64,000 bases of DNA from Gemmatimonadota bacterium (GTDB lineage: Bacteria; Gemmatimonadota; Gemmatimonadetes; Gemmatimonadales; GWC2-71-9), in the NCBI GenBank assembly GCA_003222205.1, contig QHVC01000045.1, positions 12,499 through 76,498 of the forward strand, written 5' to 3'. Under the pieces are notes generated by a model. That model ran no database searches. It saw only the letters and a program-made list of their open reading frames with translations, and was not told the DNA's origin. Numbering within the stretch: position 1 is the first letter of the stretch; the number at the start of each line of letters is the position of its first letter. Positions 1 to 12,369 of the stretch are shown piece after piece. Position numbers and translations under genes: made by a program.

Positions 1-212
1 CGGAGTTGCTGAGCCGCTACTTCCGGCCCGCCGAGGAACGCGGCACGGCGGTCGGCGCGGTGCGCGAGGTGGAGCCGGGGCGGGGGTTCGTCGAGCTCGA
101 GCGCCGCTACGTGGTGGCGGGGACGCGCGACGAGCGACGCGAGACGGTGTTTCTCGGGTTCCGGTTGCTGCTGGGGCGCTGGGTGCTGGCAGAGTTGCGG
201 AGCGAGCCGTAA
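1..212 (+). CDS. hypothetical protein, C-terminal fragment (open at left window edge)
   Basis: The frame is open from nt 3 to TAA 210-212, with G/C-rich third positions like neighbouring genes. The tail ...[21 protein letters not shown] is not recognised as any family. Confidence 0.3.
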   Translation, partial: ELLSRYFRPAEERGTAVGAVREVEPGRGFVELERRYVVAGTRDERRETVFLGFRLLLGRWVLAELRSEP

Positions 213-221
213 TCGCGCCCC

Positions 222-250
222 TTGCGTGGACTTACGGGCCTGGGTATACT
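222..250 (+). promoter_or_regulatory. candidate sigma70-type promoter of the rpmJ-rplQ operon
   Basis: TTGCGT (222-227), a 17-nt spacer, then TATACT (245-250), in the only non-coding gap upstream of rpmJ. It has the same -10 hexamer as the ssb promoter candidate. Confidence 0.45.
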
Positions 251-288
251 CGCAGGCTGAATTGGACTTTTTTCGTGGAGACGCTCCG

Positions 289-405
289 TTGAAGGTTCGT
301 TCCAGCGTTCGACCGATCTGCGAGCACTGCAAGGTGGTCAAGCGCCGCGGTGTGATCCGGGTGATCTGCAAGCGCAGCCCCAAACACAAGCAGCGGCAGG
401 GCTAG
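289..405 (+). CDS. rpmJ: 50S ribosomal protein L36
   Basis: Not in the ORF track (too short). TTG 289 is followed by [37 protein letters not shown] and TAG 403-405. GGAG lies 8 nt upstream. Classic L36 CxxC...C..H pattern and the expected position before rpsM. Confidence 0.9.
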   Translation: MKVRSSVRPICEHCKVVKRRGVIRVICKRSPKHKQRQG

Positions 406-408
406 CGC

Positions 409-792
409 ATGGCGCGGATCGCCGGCGTCGACCTGCCGCGTGAGAAGAAAGTGCTTTTCGCCCTCCCGTACATCTACGGGATCGGGCGCAGCAACGCGAA
501 AAAGATCCTCGAGGAGACGGGCGTGAGCCCCGACGCGCGGGTGCGGGACCTGCGCGATGCGGAAGTCGCGCGGTTGCGCCAGGTGATCGAGCGCGATTAC
601 AAGGTCGAAGGCGCGCTGCGGACCGAAGTCGCGATGAACATCAAGCGGGTGATGGACATCGGGACTTATCGCGGTTCGCGGCACAAGAAAAACCTGCCGG
701 TGCGCGGCCAGCGCACGCACACCAACGCGCGGACCAAGAAGGGTCCGCGGCGCGCGATCCCGGGCAAGAAGAAGGCGGTCCTCAAAAAGTAA
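409..792 (+). CDS. rpsM: 30S ribosomal protein S13
   Basis: [15 protein letters not shown]...[12 protein letters not shown]...[16 protein letters not shown]; conserved S13 sequence and operon position. Confidence 0.97.
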   Translation: MARIAGVDLPREKKVLFALPYIYGIGRSNAKKILEETGVSPDARVRDLRDAEVARLRQVIERDYKVEGALRTEVAMNIKRVMDIGTYRGSRHKKNLPVRGQRTHTNARTKKGPRRAIPGKKKAVLKK

Positions 793-1182
793 ATGGCAAC
801 GGCGAAAGCGGGCGCCAAGCGCGCCAAGAAGGTCGTCGAGGCGGAGGCCGTCGCGCACATCACCGCGACGTTCAACAACACGCTCATCACGATCACCGAC
901 ATGCAGGGCAATACGATCACGTGGGGCTCATCGGGGAAGGCCGGCTTCAAGGGGTCGAAGAAGTCCACGCCGTTCGCGGCCACCGTCGCCGCGGAGCAGG
1001 CGGCCCGTGAAGCGCTGAACCTCGGCGTCAAACGCGTGCATGTGCGCGTGCAGGGCCCCGGCTCGGGCCGCGAGTCCGCCATTCAAGCGCTGGCGACCGC
1101 CGGGCTGCAGGTGCGGTCGATCCGCGACGTCACGCCAATCCCGCACAACGGCTGCCGGCCGCCGAAGAAGCGGCGGGTCTAG
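793..1182 (+). CDS. rpsK: 30S ribosomal protein S11
   Basis: ...[43 protein letters not shown]...; conserved S11 sequence. The ATG directly follows the rpsM TAA. Confidence 0.97.
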   Translation: MATAKAGAKRAKKVVEAEAVAHITATFNNTLITITDMQGNTITWGSSGKAGFKGSKKSTPFAATVAAEQAAREALNLGVKRVHVRVQGPGSGRESAIQALATAGLQVRSIRDVTPIPHNGCRPPKKRRV

Positions 1183-1185
1183 GCG

Positions 1186-1821
1186 ATGGCGCGCTACACG
1201 GGACCGGTGTGCAAGCTGTGCCGGCGGGAAGGCACCAAGCTGTTCCTCAAGGGGACGCGGTGCCTGACGGAGAAGTGCGCGATCGAGCGGCGCGCCTACG
1301 CGCCCGGCCAACACGGCCAGAGTACCGGCCGGCGTCGCAAAGCGTCCGAATACGCCAAGCAGCTGCGCGAGAAGCAGAAGGTCAAACGCATCTACGGGCT
1401 CTCGGAGCGGCAATTCCGCAACCTGTTCGATCGCGTGCTCAAGGAGCCGGGGATTACCGGCGAAGCGCTGCTCGTCGCGCTCGAGACCCGGCTGGACAAC
1501 ATCGTCTACCGCATGGGCTTCGCGACCTCGCGGCGGCAGGCGCGCCAGCTGGTCCGGCACCGGCACGTGCACGTGAACGGGCGCGTCGTCGATGTGCCGT
1601 CGTACCGGATCCGCGCCGGCGACGAGGTGAAGTTGGGCGATGCGAGCCGCGAGCTCGTCCCCGTCCGGCTCGCGCTCGAGCATTTCGCGCGCGGGCAGCC
1701 GGTTACCTGGATCCAGGTGGATACCGACAAGGCCGTCGGCCGGATGGTCGAACGGCCCACCCGCGACACGATTCCGATCGCGGCCCAAGAACAGTTAATC
1801 GTCGAGCTCTATAGCAAGTGA
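1186..1821 (+). CDS. rpsD: 30S ribosomal protein S4
   Basis: MARYTGPVCKLCRREGTKLFLKGTRC...YGLSERQFRNLF...; S4 N-terminal zinc-ribbon-like motif and S4 RNA-binding domain. Confidence 0.97.
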   Translation: MARYTGPVCKLCRREGTKLFLKGTRCLTEKCAIERRAYAPGQHGQSTGRRRKASEYAKQLREKQKVKRIYGLSERQFRNLFDRVLKEPGITGEALLVALETRLDNIVYRMGFATSRRQARQLVRHRHVHVNGRVVDVPSYRIRAGDEVKLGDASRELVPVRLALEHFARGQPVTWIQVDTDKAVGRMVERPTRDTIPIAAQEQLIVELYSK

Positions 1822-2891
1822 TCACGACTCTCGATTTGACCGGGTTGGTCCACCCGCACGTCGTCGAAATGACCAAGCGGGAGGACAACCCCAACGCCGC
1901 CGAGTTCCGGCTCCAGCCGCTCGAGCGCGGCTACGGCTACACACTCGGCAACTCGCTGCGGCGGATGCTGCTGTCCTCGCTGCGGGGTGCAGCGGTGTGG
2001 GCATTCCGGCTGGACGGCGTGGTGCACGAGCACCAGACCATCCCCGGCGTGGTGGAAGACGTCCACCAGATCATCCAGCGCCTGAAACAGCTCACCCTGG
2101 TGCTGGCGCCCGACGTCGACGAAGCGGTGCTGCACATCAAGCGGGACGCGGCCGGCGCCGTCTACGCACGCGACATCGAGCCCCACGGCTCGGTGACCGT
2201 CGTCAACCCCGACCATCTGTTGTTCACGCTCCAGGACGAGAAGGACGTGAGCGGCGAGCTGTACGTGAACAAGGGCCGCGGCTACGTCGAAGCGGAGCAA
2301 CATCCCGTGGACCGGACGCTGCCGGTGGACGTGGTGCGCATCGACTCGATTTACAATCCGGTGCGCCGCGCCAACTTCACCGTGGCGGAAACGCGCGTCG
2401 GGCAGCGCACCGACTACGACCGGCTGACGCTGTCGGTCGAGACCAACGGCACCATCTCTCCCGAGGACGCCGTGGCGTACGCTGCCGCCCTCGCGCAGGA
2501 GCACTTCCGGTTCTTCGTCGACTTCGGGAAGGTGCCGATGATCGCGGCGCCCGAGACGGTCCCCGGCAACGGCGGCGGCGCGGCGACGGGCCAGCTTCGC
2601 GACCTCCTGAACCGCTCCATCGACGACGTCGGCCTGTCGGTCCGCTCGGTCAACTCGTTGAAGAACTCGAACATCCGCACCCTGTCCGACCTGGTGCAGT
2701 ACCGCGAGGATGACCTCCTCAAGGTCAAGAACGTGGGCGAGAAGGCCCTCGCCGAGATCGCGGAGCTGTTGCGACGCGAAGGCCTCAACTTCGGCATGCG
2801 GTTCGAGGACGTGAACGGCGAGCTGCGCGTCGCCGACCCGGGCACGCCGCCGATGGCGCAGCCGGGCGCGGGCGACGAGGAGGAGGTCTGA
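1818..2891 (+). CDS. rpoA: DNA-directed RNA polymerase subunit alpha
   Basis: LQPLERGYGYTLGNSLRRMLLSSLRGAAV matches the alpha N-terminal domain. The C-terminal domain is present (LSVRSVNSLKNSNIRTLSDLV). GTG 1818 overlaps the rpsD TGA (GTGA). Confidence 0.97.
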   Translation: MITTLDLTGLVHPHVVEMTKREDNPNAAEFRLQPLERGYGYTLGNSLRRMLLSSLRGAAVWAFRLDGVVHEHQTIPGVVEDVHQIIQRLKQLTLVLAPDVDEAVLHIKRDAAGAVYARDIEPHGSVTVVNPDHLLFTLQDEKDVSGELYVNKGRGYVEAEQHPVDRTLPVDVVRIDSIYNPVRRANFTVAETRVGQRTDYDRLTLSVETNGTISPEDAVAYAAALAQEHFRFFVDFGKVPMIAAPETVPGNGGGAATGQLRDLLNRSIDDVGLSVRSVNSLKNSNIRTLSDLVQYREDDLLKVKNVGEKALAEIAELLRREGLNFGMRFEDVNGELRVADPGTPPMAQPGAGDEEEV

Positions 2892-3247
2892 TGCGCCATC
2901 GCGCCAAGGCCCGGCAGCTCTCGAGGACCTCCAGCCACCGCAAAGCGACGCTCAACAACATGGCGACAAGCCTGTTCCGCCACGACCGCATCGTGACGAC
3001 CGAGGCCAAGGCCAAGGAGCTGCGTCCGTTCGCCGAGCGGCTGATCACGCTGGCGCGTCGCGGCGATCTGCACGCCCGGCGGGTGGTGGAGCGGAGCCTC
3101 AAGGACAAGGAAGTCACGCACCGGCTGTTCGCCGAGCTGGGGAAGCGCTTCGCGGCGCGGCCGGGGGGCTACACGCGGATCATCAAACTGGGTCACCGCG
3201 TCGGGGACGGCGCCGAGGTGGCCCGGATCGAGCTGCTGAGTGAGTGA
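2891..3247 (+). CDS. rplQ: 50S ribosomal protein L17
   Basis: MRHRAKARQLSRTSSHRKATLNNMATSL..TTEAKAKELRPFAERLIT; the ATG shares one nt with the rpoA TGA. Confidence 0.95.
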   Translation: MRHRAKARQLSRTSSHRKATLNNMATSLFRHDRIVTTEAKAKELRPFAERLITLARRGDLHARRVVERSLKDKEVTHRLFAELGKRFAARPGGYTRIIKLGHRVGDGAEVARIELLSE

Positions 3248-3273
3248 AGGGACGGCGGGGGGCGAAACAGCCA

Positions 3274-3301
3274 GGGGGACCCCGAAGGGTCCCCCTTTTT
3301 C
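3274..3301. terminator. intrinsic terminator between convergent rplQ and rpmB
   Basis: GGGGGACCC-cgaa-GGGTCCCCC hairpin (3274-3295) followed by TTTTTCTT, located between the two convergent stop codons. Confidence 0.7.
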
Positions 3302-3302
3302 T

Positions 3303-3494
3303 TCAGGCGGCTTTGGTCACCCGGTTGGACTTCAGGCACTGGGTGCAGACCCGCAGGTGGCGGGTGCGGCCGTCCACGAGCGCGCGGACCCGCTGCAGAT
3401 TGGGGTACCAGCGGCGGTTCGTCTTGTTATTCGCGTGGCTGATGGTGTGGCCCGCCACGGGACCCTTGCCGCACACGTCGCAAACGCGCGCCAT
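3303..3494 (-). CDS. rpmB: 50S ribosomal protein L28
   Basis: [51 protein letters not shown]; unmistakable L28 sequence. Confidence 0.95.
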   Translation of the reverse strand: MARVCDVCGKGPVAGHTISHANNKTNRRWYPNLQRVRALVDGRTRHLRVCTQCLKSNRVTKAA

Positions 3495-3496
3495 GA

Positions 3497-5473
<1,977 letters not shown>

Positions 5474-5490
<17 letters not shown>

Positions 5491-8400
5491 TCTGCACCGC
5501 ATCCTGCTGATCGGCTCCGGCCCGATCGTGATCGGACAGGGGGCGGAGTTCGACTATTCGGGCACGCAGGCGGTGAAGGCGTTGAAAGAAGAAGGGTACG
5601 AGGTCGTGCTGGTGAACTCGAACCCGGCGACCATCATGACCGACCCCGAGATCGCCGACCGCACTTACATCGAGCCGGTCACCCCCGAGTGGGTGCGCAA
5701 GGTGATCGAGCGCGAGCGGCCCGACGCCCTGCTGCCGACGATGGGGGGGCAGACGGCGCTGAACGTGGCGACGGCGCTGGCGCGCGACGGGACGCTGGCG
5801 GAGTTCGGCGTCGAGCTCATCGGGGCGAGCGCCCGGGCCATCCAGATGGCCGAAGATCGCGCCGAATTCGCCGCCGCGATGCGTCGCATCGGGCTCGCCG
5901 TCCCGCTGGGGCGCACCGTCGCTTCGCTCGACGCGGGTCTGGAGGCCGTGGCCGAGGTCGGGTATCCGGCGGTGATCCGCCCCTCCTTCACCCTGGGCGG
6001 GACCGGCGGCGGCATCGCGTACAACCGCGAGGAGTTCGAGGAGCTGGTGGGCCGGGCGCTGGAGCTCTCGCCGGTGCACACGACGCTGATCGAGCGCAGC
6101 GTGCTCGGCTGGAAGGAGTTCGAGCTCGAGGTGATGCGCGACGGGCGCGACAACGTGGTGATCGTGTGTTCGATCGAGAACCTGGACCCGATGGGGGTCC
6201 ACACGGGGGACTCGATCACCGTGGCCCCGGCGATGACGCTCACCGACCGCGAATACCAGCGCATGCGCGACGCGGCCATCGCGATCATCCGTGAGATCGG
6301 CGTCGCCGCCGGCGGCTGCAACATCCAGTTCGCGGTGAGCCCGGCCGACGGCGAGATGCTGGTGATCGAGATGAACCCGCGGGTGTCGCGCTCGTCCGCC
6401 CTTGCCTCCAAGGCCACCGGCTTCCCGATCGCCCGCATCGGCACCAAGCTCGCCGTGGGATTCACGCTCGACGAGCTGCCCAACGACATCACCCGCACCA
6501 CGCCCGCCTCTTTCGAGCCGGTGCTCGACTACGTGGTGGTCAAGGTGCCGCGGTTCGCCTTCGAGAAATTCCCGCGGGCCGATTTCCGCCTCACCACGCA
6601 GATGAAATCGGTCGGCGAGGCGATGGCGATCGGCCGCACCTTCAAGGAGGCGTTCCAGAAGGGCCTGCGCGCGCTCGAGACCGGCCGCGCGGGATGGGTG
6701 AGCGGGGACGACCGGGTGCCAAGCGACGCGCCCGCGGACCTGAAGGTGGCCCTGCGCACGCCGGTCCCGGAGCGCGTGTTCCAGATCCGCCGCGCCCTGC
6801 TCGCCGGGGTGACGGTGGACGAGATCCACGAGGCGACGGGGATCGACCCCTGGTTCCTGTATCAGCTGCAGGACCTGCTGGACGCCGAGCGCTGGTTCGC
6901 TGATCTCGCCACGCCGGACGCCGTTGAGGTGCGCCGCATGAAGCGCATGGGGTTCAGCGACCGCCAGCTCGCGGCGCTGCGGGGGTGCACCGAGGCCGAG
7001 TTCCGCGAGCGCCGCTGGCGGCTCGGGGTCCATCCCGCCTACAAGACGGTGGACACGTGCGCCGGCGAATTCCCGTCCGCGACGCCGTACCTCTACTCCT
7101 CCTACGACGAGGAAAACGAGTCCCAGCCGTTCGGCGCGCAGGGGATCGTGATCTTGGGGAGCGGGCCCAACCGCATCGGGCAGGGCGTCGAGTTCGACTA
7201 CTGCTGCGTGCGCGCCGGGCTCGCGTTCCGCGACCTCGGGTTCAAGACGATCATGATCAACTCGAACCCCGAGACCGTCTCGACCGACTTCGACATCTCC
7301 GACAAACTGTACTTCGAGCCTCTCACCTTCGAGGACGTGCTGGAGATCGTGCGCCTCGAACAGCCGCGCGGCGTCGTCGTGCAGCTCGGCGGGCAGACCC
7401 CCCTACAGCTCACCAAAGCCCTCGAGGCCGCCGGCATCCCGATCCTCGGCACGTCTCCCGACGCCATCGACACGGCGGAAGACCGCAAGCGCTTCGAGGA
7501 GCTCGCCGACCGGCTTGGCGTCACCCAGACGCCCAACGGCACGGCCCGCTCCGTCGCCGAGGCCGGCGTGGTCGCCAAGCGCATCGGGTACCCGGTGCTG
7601 GTGCGGCCCTCCTACGTGCTCGGCGGCCGGGCGATGGAGATCGTGTACGACGAGGCGTCGCTGCAGGAGTTCTTCGAGAAGGCCGCGCGCGTCGCCCCCG
7701 AGCACCCGGTGCTCATCGATCACTTCCTCGAGGACGCCTTCGAGGCCGATGTCGACGCCATTGCCGACGGCCGCCGCTGCGTCGTGGGCGGGGTGATGCA
7801 GCATATCGAGGACGCCGGCGTTCATTCGGGGGACTCGGCCTGCGTCCTGCCCCCGTACCTGATCGGGGACCGCCAGGTCGCCGAGATGCGCCGGTCCACC
7901 ACCGCCTTCGCCCAGGCCCTGGGCGTCGTCGGGCTCCTCAACGTCCAGTACGCGATCAAGGCCGGCGTGGTCTACGTCCTGGAAGTGAACCCCCGGGCCT
8001 CACGAACCGTCCCGTTCGTCAGCAAGGCCACCGGCGCTCCCCTGGCCAAGCTGGCCGCGGCCGTGATGGTGGGGAAAACCCTGGACGAGCTGGGGGTGCC
8101 GGACGAGCTCCCGGTACCGGGGGTTGCCTGCAAGGAAGCGGTCTTCCCCTTCACCAAACTGCCCGGCGTAGATACCGTTTTGGGCCCGGAGATGCGCTCG
8201 ACGGGCGAGGTCATGGGGATCGCCGAGAGTTTCGGGATGGCGTTCGCCAAGGCGCAAATCGCGGCCGACGGAAGCCTGCCGCTGTCGGGCACCATCTTCG
8301 TCACGGTGAACGACTCCGACAAGCCGACGGTGGTGCCGATCGTGCGGCGCTTTCACGAGATGGGGTTTCGGATTCTGGCGACCGAGGGGACACAGCGGTA

Positions 8401-8758
8401 CCTGCGCGCCCGGGGAGTCCCGGCCGAGCGGGTGTTGAAGGTGCACGAGGGCCGCCCCAACGCGATCGATCTGATCGTCTCGGGCGACGTTCACCTGCTG
8501 ATCAACACGCCGCTCGGGAAGTTCACGCAGCAGGACGACTACGCTATCCGGCGCGCCGCGCTGGTGCACCGGGTGCCGTACACCACGACGATGTCCGCCG
8601 CGAGCGCTGCGTGTGACGCGATCATCGCGCTCCGCAGCCGGACCGGCAGCGTGAGGAGTCTCCAAGAATGGCACGAAAAGACGATCGTCGGAAAGCCGGA
8701 GCCCGCGGCGGCAAGCCCGGGAACGGCAAGCCGGGACGCCCGGCCCGTCCGGGCGTAA
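5474..8758 (+). CDS. carB: carbamoyl-phosphate synthase large subunit
   Basis: [24 protein letters not shown], duplicated ATP-grasp halves (second: [20 protein letters not shown]) and an MGS-like C-terminal domain. ATG 5474 overlaps the rmd end by 17 nt. Confidence 0.97.
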
Positions 8759-9660
8759 AACCCCCGGCCGCTCCGCCCCAGCCGCCCAAGCCCAAGTTCC
8801 AGGGCAAGCTGCTGGAGAACGAGCCGCTGGCGCGGTACACCACGTACCGCATCGGCGGCCCGGCGCGCTACCTGCTCACCGCGGCCAGCACCGAGGACGT
8901 CGCGCGCGGCCTCGAGATGGCGCAGGAGCGGGGGCTCCCCTCGGTGGTGCTGGGCCTCGGGTCCAACGTGCTCGTGCGGGACAGCGGGTTCCCCGGGCTC
9001 GTAGTCCGGATGGGCAAGGGCCTCGACCGCTTCGAAATGAAGGGCGCGACCGCCATCGTCGGCGCCGGCCTGCCGACGCCGCTGCTCGCCCGCCGCACCG
9101 CGGAGCTCGGCTTCACCGGCGTGGAGCGGTTCATCGGTATCCCCGGGACCATCGGGGGCGGCATTTACATGAACGCCGGCTGCCACGGCGCGGAGTTCGC
9201 CGAGGTCATCACCGAGGTGACGGTGATGGACCCGAAGGGGAAAGTGAAGCAGCTCGCCCGGCGCCAGATCGTCTTCAAGTACCGGTCCAGCAACCTCGAC
9301 GACCAGGTCATCCTCGAGGCGAAGCTCGGGCTCGGCGAGGAGAGCCCGGCGAAGCTCAAGGAGCTGCAGGGCCGCCTGCTGCGCTGGCGCAAGGCCGGGA
9401 CGCCGTTTGATCAACCGTGCTGCGGCTCGGTATTCCGCAACCCCGGCGGGCCGAAGACGGCGGGCATGCTGATCGAGGAGTGCGGGCTCAAGGGGCACCA
9501 GATCGGCGGCGCCCAGGTGTCGACCATGCACGCGAACTACTTCGTCAATCTCGGCACCGCGACGGCCGCCGACGTGCTCAAGCTCATCGAGCACGTGCGC
9601 AAGACGGTCGCCAAGAAGGCGGGGGTGGAGCTGGCCACCGAAGTGAAAGTGATCGGCTGA
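8668..9660 (+). CDS. murB: UDP-N-acetylenolpyruvoylglucosamine reductase with basic Pro/Lys-rich N-terminal extension
   Basis: Core [19 protein letters not shown]...GLGSNVLV...GGIYMNAG...CGSVFRNP is MurB. The only canonical start in frame is ATG 8668, which gives a ~45-aa extension overlapping the carB tail by 91 nt. Confidence 0.88.
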   Translation: MARKDDRRKAGARGGKPGNGKPGRPARPGVKPPAAPPQPPKPKFQGKLLENEPLARYTTYRIGGPARYLLTAASTEDVARGLEMAQERGLPSVVLGLGSNVLVRDSGFPGLVVRMGKGLDRFEMKGATAIVGAGLPTPLLARRTAELGFTGVERFIGIPGTIGGGIYMNAGCHGAEFAEVITEVTVMDPKGKVKQLARRQIVFKYRSSNLDDQVILEAKLGLGEESPAKLKELQGRLLRWRKAGTPFDQPCCGSVFRNPGGPKTAGMLIEECGLKGHQIGGAQVSTMHANYFVNLGTATAADVLKLIEHVRKTVAKKAGVELATEVKVIG

Positions 9661-10256
9661 TGGCCGATGTCTTCGTGCACCCGTCGAGCTTCGTCGACGA
9701 CGGCGCCGTCGTGGGACGGGGCACGAAGATCTGGCATTTCAGCCACATCATGCCCGGCGCGGTGATCGGCGAGCGCTGCAACCTCGGCCAGAACGTGGTG
9801 GTCATGCCCAAGACGCGGATCGGCAACAACGTCAAGATCCAGAACAACGTGTCGGTCTACGAGGGCGTCGAGCTCGAGGACGACGTCTTCTGCGGTCCGT
9901 CGTGCGTGTTCACCAACGTGATGAACCCGCGCAGCCACATCCCGCGCAAGCACGAGTACCGCAGGACGCTGGTGAAGCGCGGCGCCTCGATCGGGGCCAA
10001 CGCCACCGTCGTGTGCGGGGTGACGCTCGGCGAGTACGCCTTCATTGGCGCCGGCGCGGTCGTCACCTCCGACGTGCCGCCGTACGCGCTGATGGTCGGC
10101 GTCCCGGCGCGGCGCATCGGATGGATGTGCCAGTGCGGGGAGCGGCTGCAGCCCGCCCAGGGCCAGGCCGCGTGCCCCGCGTGTGGCGCCCGCTACGCCG
10201 AAGCGGAGGGTGCCTTGCGCATGACCGAGCCCCCCCCACCGCGCGCGCGGCCGTGA
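9660..10256 (+). CDS. left-handed beta-helix N-acetyltransferase, WbpD/WlbB-like (UDP-2-acetamido-3-amino-2,3-dideoxy-glucuronate N-acetyltransferase)
   Basis: Hexapeptide repeats. [34 protein letters not shown]...[42 protein letters not shown] closely resembles WbpD as I recall it. The ATG shares 1 nt with the murB TGA. Confidence 0.78.
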   Translation: MADVFVHPSSFVDDGAVVGRGTKIWHFSHIMPGAVIGERCNLGQNVVVMPKTRIGNNVKIQNNVSVYEGVELEDDVFCGPSCVFTNVMNPRSHIPRKHEYRRTLVKRGASIGANATVVCGVTLGEYAFIGAGAVVTSDVPPYALMVGVPARRIGWMCQCGERLQPAQGQAACPACGARYAEAEGALRMTEPPPPRARP

Positions 10257-11368
10257 ACGTCCCGCTGCTGGACCTCGTCGCCCAGTACCGGACGATCAAG
10301 GACGAGGTCTGGTCCGCGCTGCAGCGCGTCGTCGAATCCCAGCAATTCATCATGGGCCCGGCCGTCCCGCAGCTCGAAACCGCGGTGGCACAGCTGTCGC
10401 ACGCCCGGCACGGCGTGGGCTGCGCTAGCGGCACCGATGCCCTGCTGCTCCCGCTCAAGGCGCTGAACCTCAAGCCGGCGGACGAGGTCATCACCAGCTC
10501 GTTCACCTTCTTCGCCACCGCGGGGGCAATTCACAACGCGGGCGGCACTCCCGTCTTCGTGGATATCGAGGCGGACACCTTCAATATCGACCCGGAGACG
10601 GTCGAGGCCGCGATCACGCCGCGCACCCGCGCCATCGTGCCGGTGCACCTCTTCGGCCAGATGGCGAACATGGAGCGCCTGCTGGCGATCGCCCGGCGGC
10701 ACGGGCTGAAGGTGATCGAGGATGCGTGCCAGGCGATCGGGGCGCGGCGCTCGATCGACGGCGAATGGCGTGTGGCGGGCGAGCTCGGGTGGGTCACCGC
10801 CTACTCCTTCTTCCCCAGCAAGAACCTGGGGGCCTGGGGGGACGCCGGGATGATAGTCACCTCCGACGACGCGGTGGCCGAGCGGCTGCGCCGGCTGCGC
10901 CTGCACGGCGGGGCCAAGCAGTACCACCACGAGGAGATCGGGACGAACTCCCGGCTCGACACGCTGCAGGCGGCCGTGCTCCTGGCGAAGCTCCCCCACC
11001 TCGCCGCCTGGTCTGGAAAGCGCCGCGAGCACGCGGCCTACTACTCCAAGGCGTTCGCGGGGCTGCGGGGGGTAACGACGCCGGTCGTGGAGCGCGCCAA
11101 CGAGCACATCTTCCATCAGTACACCCTGCGGGCCGAGCGGCGGGACGAGCTGCTGGCGCACCTCAAGGCGAAGGGCATCGGCTGCGCGGTCTACTACCCG
11201 ATCCCGCTCCACCGCCAGGAGTGCTTCGCTGCCCTGGGATATAAGGAAGGACGCCTGCCGGTGAGCGAGCGCGCCGCGCGCGAGGTCCTGTCGCTGCCGA
11301 TCTTCCCGGAGCTGACGCGCGAGCAGATGGACACGGTGGTCGGCGCGGTCCGCGAGTTCTACCGGTGA
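10253..11368 (+). CDS. DegT/DnrJ/EryC1-family PLP aminotransferase, WbpE-like
   Basis: VPLLDL..QY..IKDEV......[38 protein letters not shown] are family signatures. GTG 10253 overlaps the upstream TGA (GTGA). Confidence 0.8.
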   Translation: MNVPLLDLVAQYRTIKDEVWSALQRVVESQQFIMGPAVPQLETAVAQLSHARHGVGCASGTDALLLPLKALNLKPADEVITSSFTFFATAGAIHNAGGTPVFVDIEADTFNIDPETVEAAITPRTRAIVPVHLFGQMANMERLLAIARRHGLKVIEDACQAIGARRSIDGEWRVAGELGWVTAYSFFPSKNLGAWGDAGMIVTSDDAVAERLRRLRLHGGAKQYHHEEIGTNSRLDTLQAAVLLAKLPHLAAWSGKRREHAAYYSKAFAGLRGVTTPVVERANEHIFHQYTLRAERRDELLAHLKAKGIGCAVYYPIPLHRQECFAALGYKEGRLPVSERAAREVLSLPIFPELTREQMDTVVGAVREFYR

Positions 11369-12369
11369 GCCGGCTGCAGCTCGGTGTGGTCGGCGCCGGG
11401 GCGTGGGGCCGCAACCACGTGCGCACCGCCGCGGGGCTGGCGGACGCCGAGCTCGCGGCCGTCTGCGACACGAGCGAGCCGACGCGCCAACGTCTCGCCC
11501 GGCAGTATCCGGCCGCGCTCGTGACCGCCGACCTGAACGAGCTGCTCGGCAAGGTGGATGCCGTCATCATCGCCGCGCCCGCAGGGACGCACGCCGACCT
11601 CGCGCGGCGCTGCATCGAGGCGGGGAAGCCGTGCCTCGTCGAGAAGCCCTTCGCGCTGACGACGCGGGATGCCGAGGCGGTCGCCAAGGCGGCGGCGACC
11701 CGCAAGGTCCCGGTCCTGCCGGGGCACCTGCTGCTCTTTCATCCGGCGGTCGAGCAGCTGCGGGCGCTGGTGGCGGGGGGGCAGCTGGGGCAGCTCTTCT
11801 ATCTCTATGGCTTGCGGCTGAACCTCGGCCAGGTGCGGCAGGATGAGAACGCGCTGTGGAGCTTCGGGCCGCACGATGTCTCGGTCGCCCTCTTCCTGCT
11901 GGATGAGACGCCGGTCCGGGTCGCGGCGCAGGGGCACTGTTATCTCCAGCCCAAGGTCGAAGACGTGGTGTTCCTGACGATGGAGTTCCAGAGTGGGGTG
12001 CTGGCCCACGTGCAGCTCTCGTGGCTGGATCCGCATAAGGTCCGCAAGCTGACCGTGGTGGGGTCGAAGAAAATGGTGGTGTTCGACGACATGGAGCCGC
12101 GCGAAAAGCTGCGGATCTACGACAAGGGCGTGGAGCGCCCGCCCGAGTACGCCTCGTACGGCGAGGCCCTGACGGTTCGCGAAGGGGACATTTTCATTCC
12201 TAAGATCGCGAGCGTCGAACCGCTCGCCGCCGAGCTCGGCCACTTCGTCCGCGTGGCGCGGGGAGCGGAAGCGCCGCGCATCGGTCCCGCCGACGGCGTG
12301 CGGGTCGTGCGCGTGCTCGAGGCGGCGTCCCGCTCGCTGGCGGGCGGCGGCGCCCCGGTGGCCATGTGA
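11365..12369 (+). CDS. Gfo/Idh/MocA-family oxidoreductase, WbpB-like
   Basis: N-terminal LGVVGAGAWGRNH Rossmann motif and EKPFALT motif typical of the family. Located between the aminotransferase and the UDP-GlcNAc dehydrogenase. GTGA overlaps at both ends. Confidence 0.75.
   Translation: MSRLQLGVVGAGAWGRNHVRTAAGLADAELAAVCDTSEPTRQRLARQYPAALVTADLNELLGKVDAVIIAAPAGTHADLARRCIEAGKPCLVEKPFALTTRDAEAVAKAAATRKVPVLPGHLLLFHPAVEQLRALVAGGQLGQLFYLYGLRLNLGQVRQDENALWSFGPHDVSVALFLLDETPVRVAAQGHCYLQPKVEDVVFLTMEFQSGVLAHVQLSWLDPHKVRKLTVVGSKKMVVFDDMEPREKLRIYDKGVERPPEYASYGEALTVREGDIFIPKIASVEPLAAELGHFVRVARGAEAPRIGPADGVRVVRVLEAASRSLAGGGAPVAM

Noticed and set aside
10100-10256. Cys-rich C-terminal tail of the WbpD-like acetyltransferase ([10 protein letters not shown]...CPACGARY) as a possible novel zinc-ribbon fusion.
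   Set aside because: From memory, a GWM..G..L...C..CG..Y tail is common in this acetyltransferase subfamily, so it is probably family-typical rather than new. I cannot verify this without a database search.
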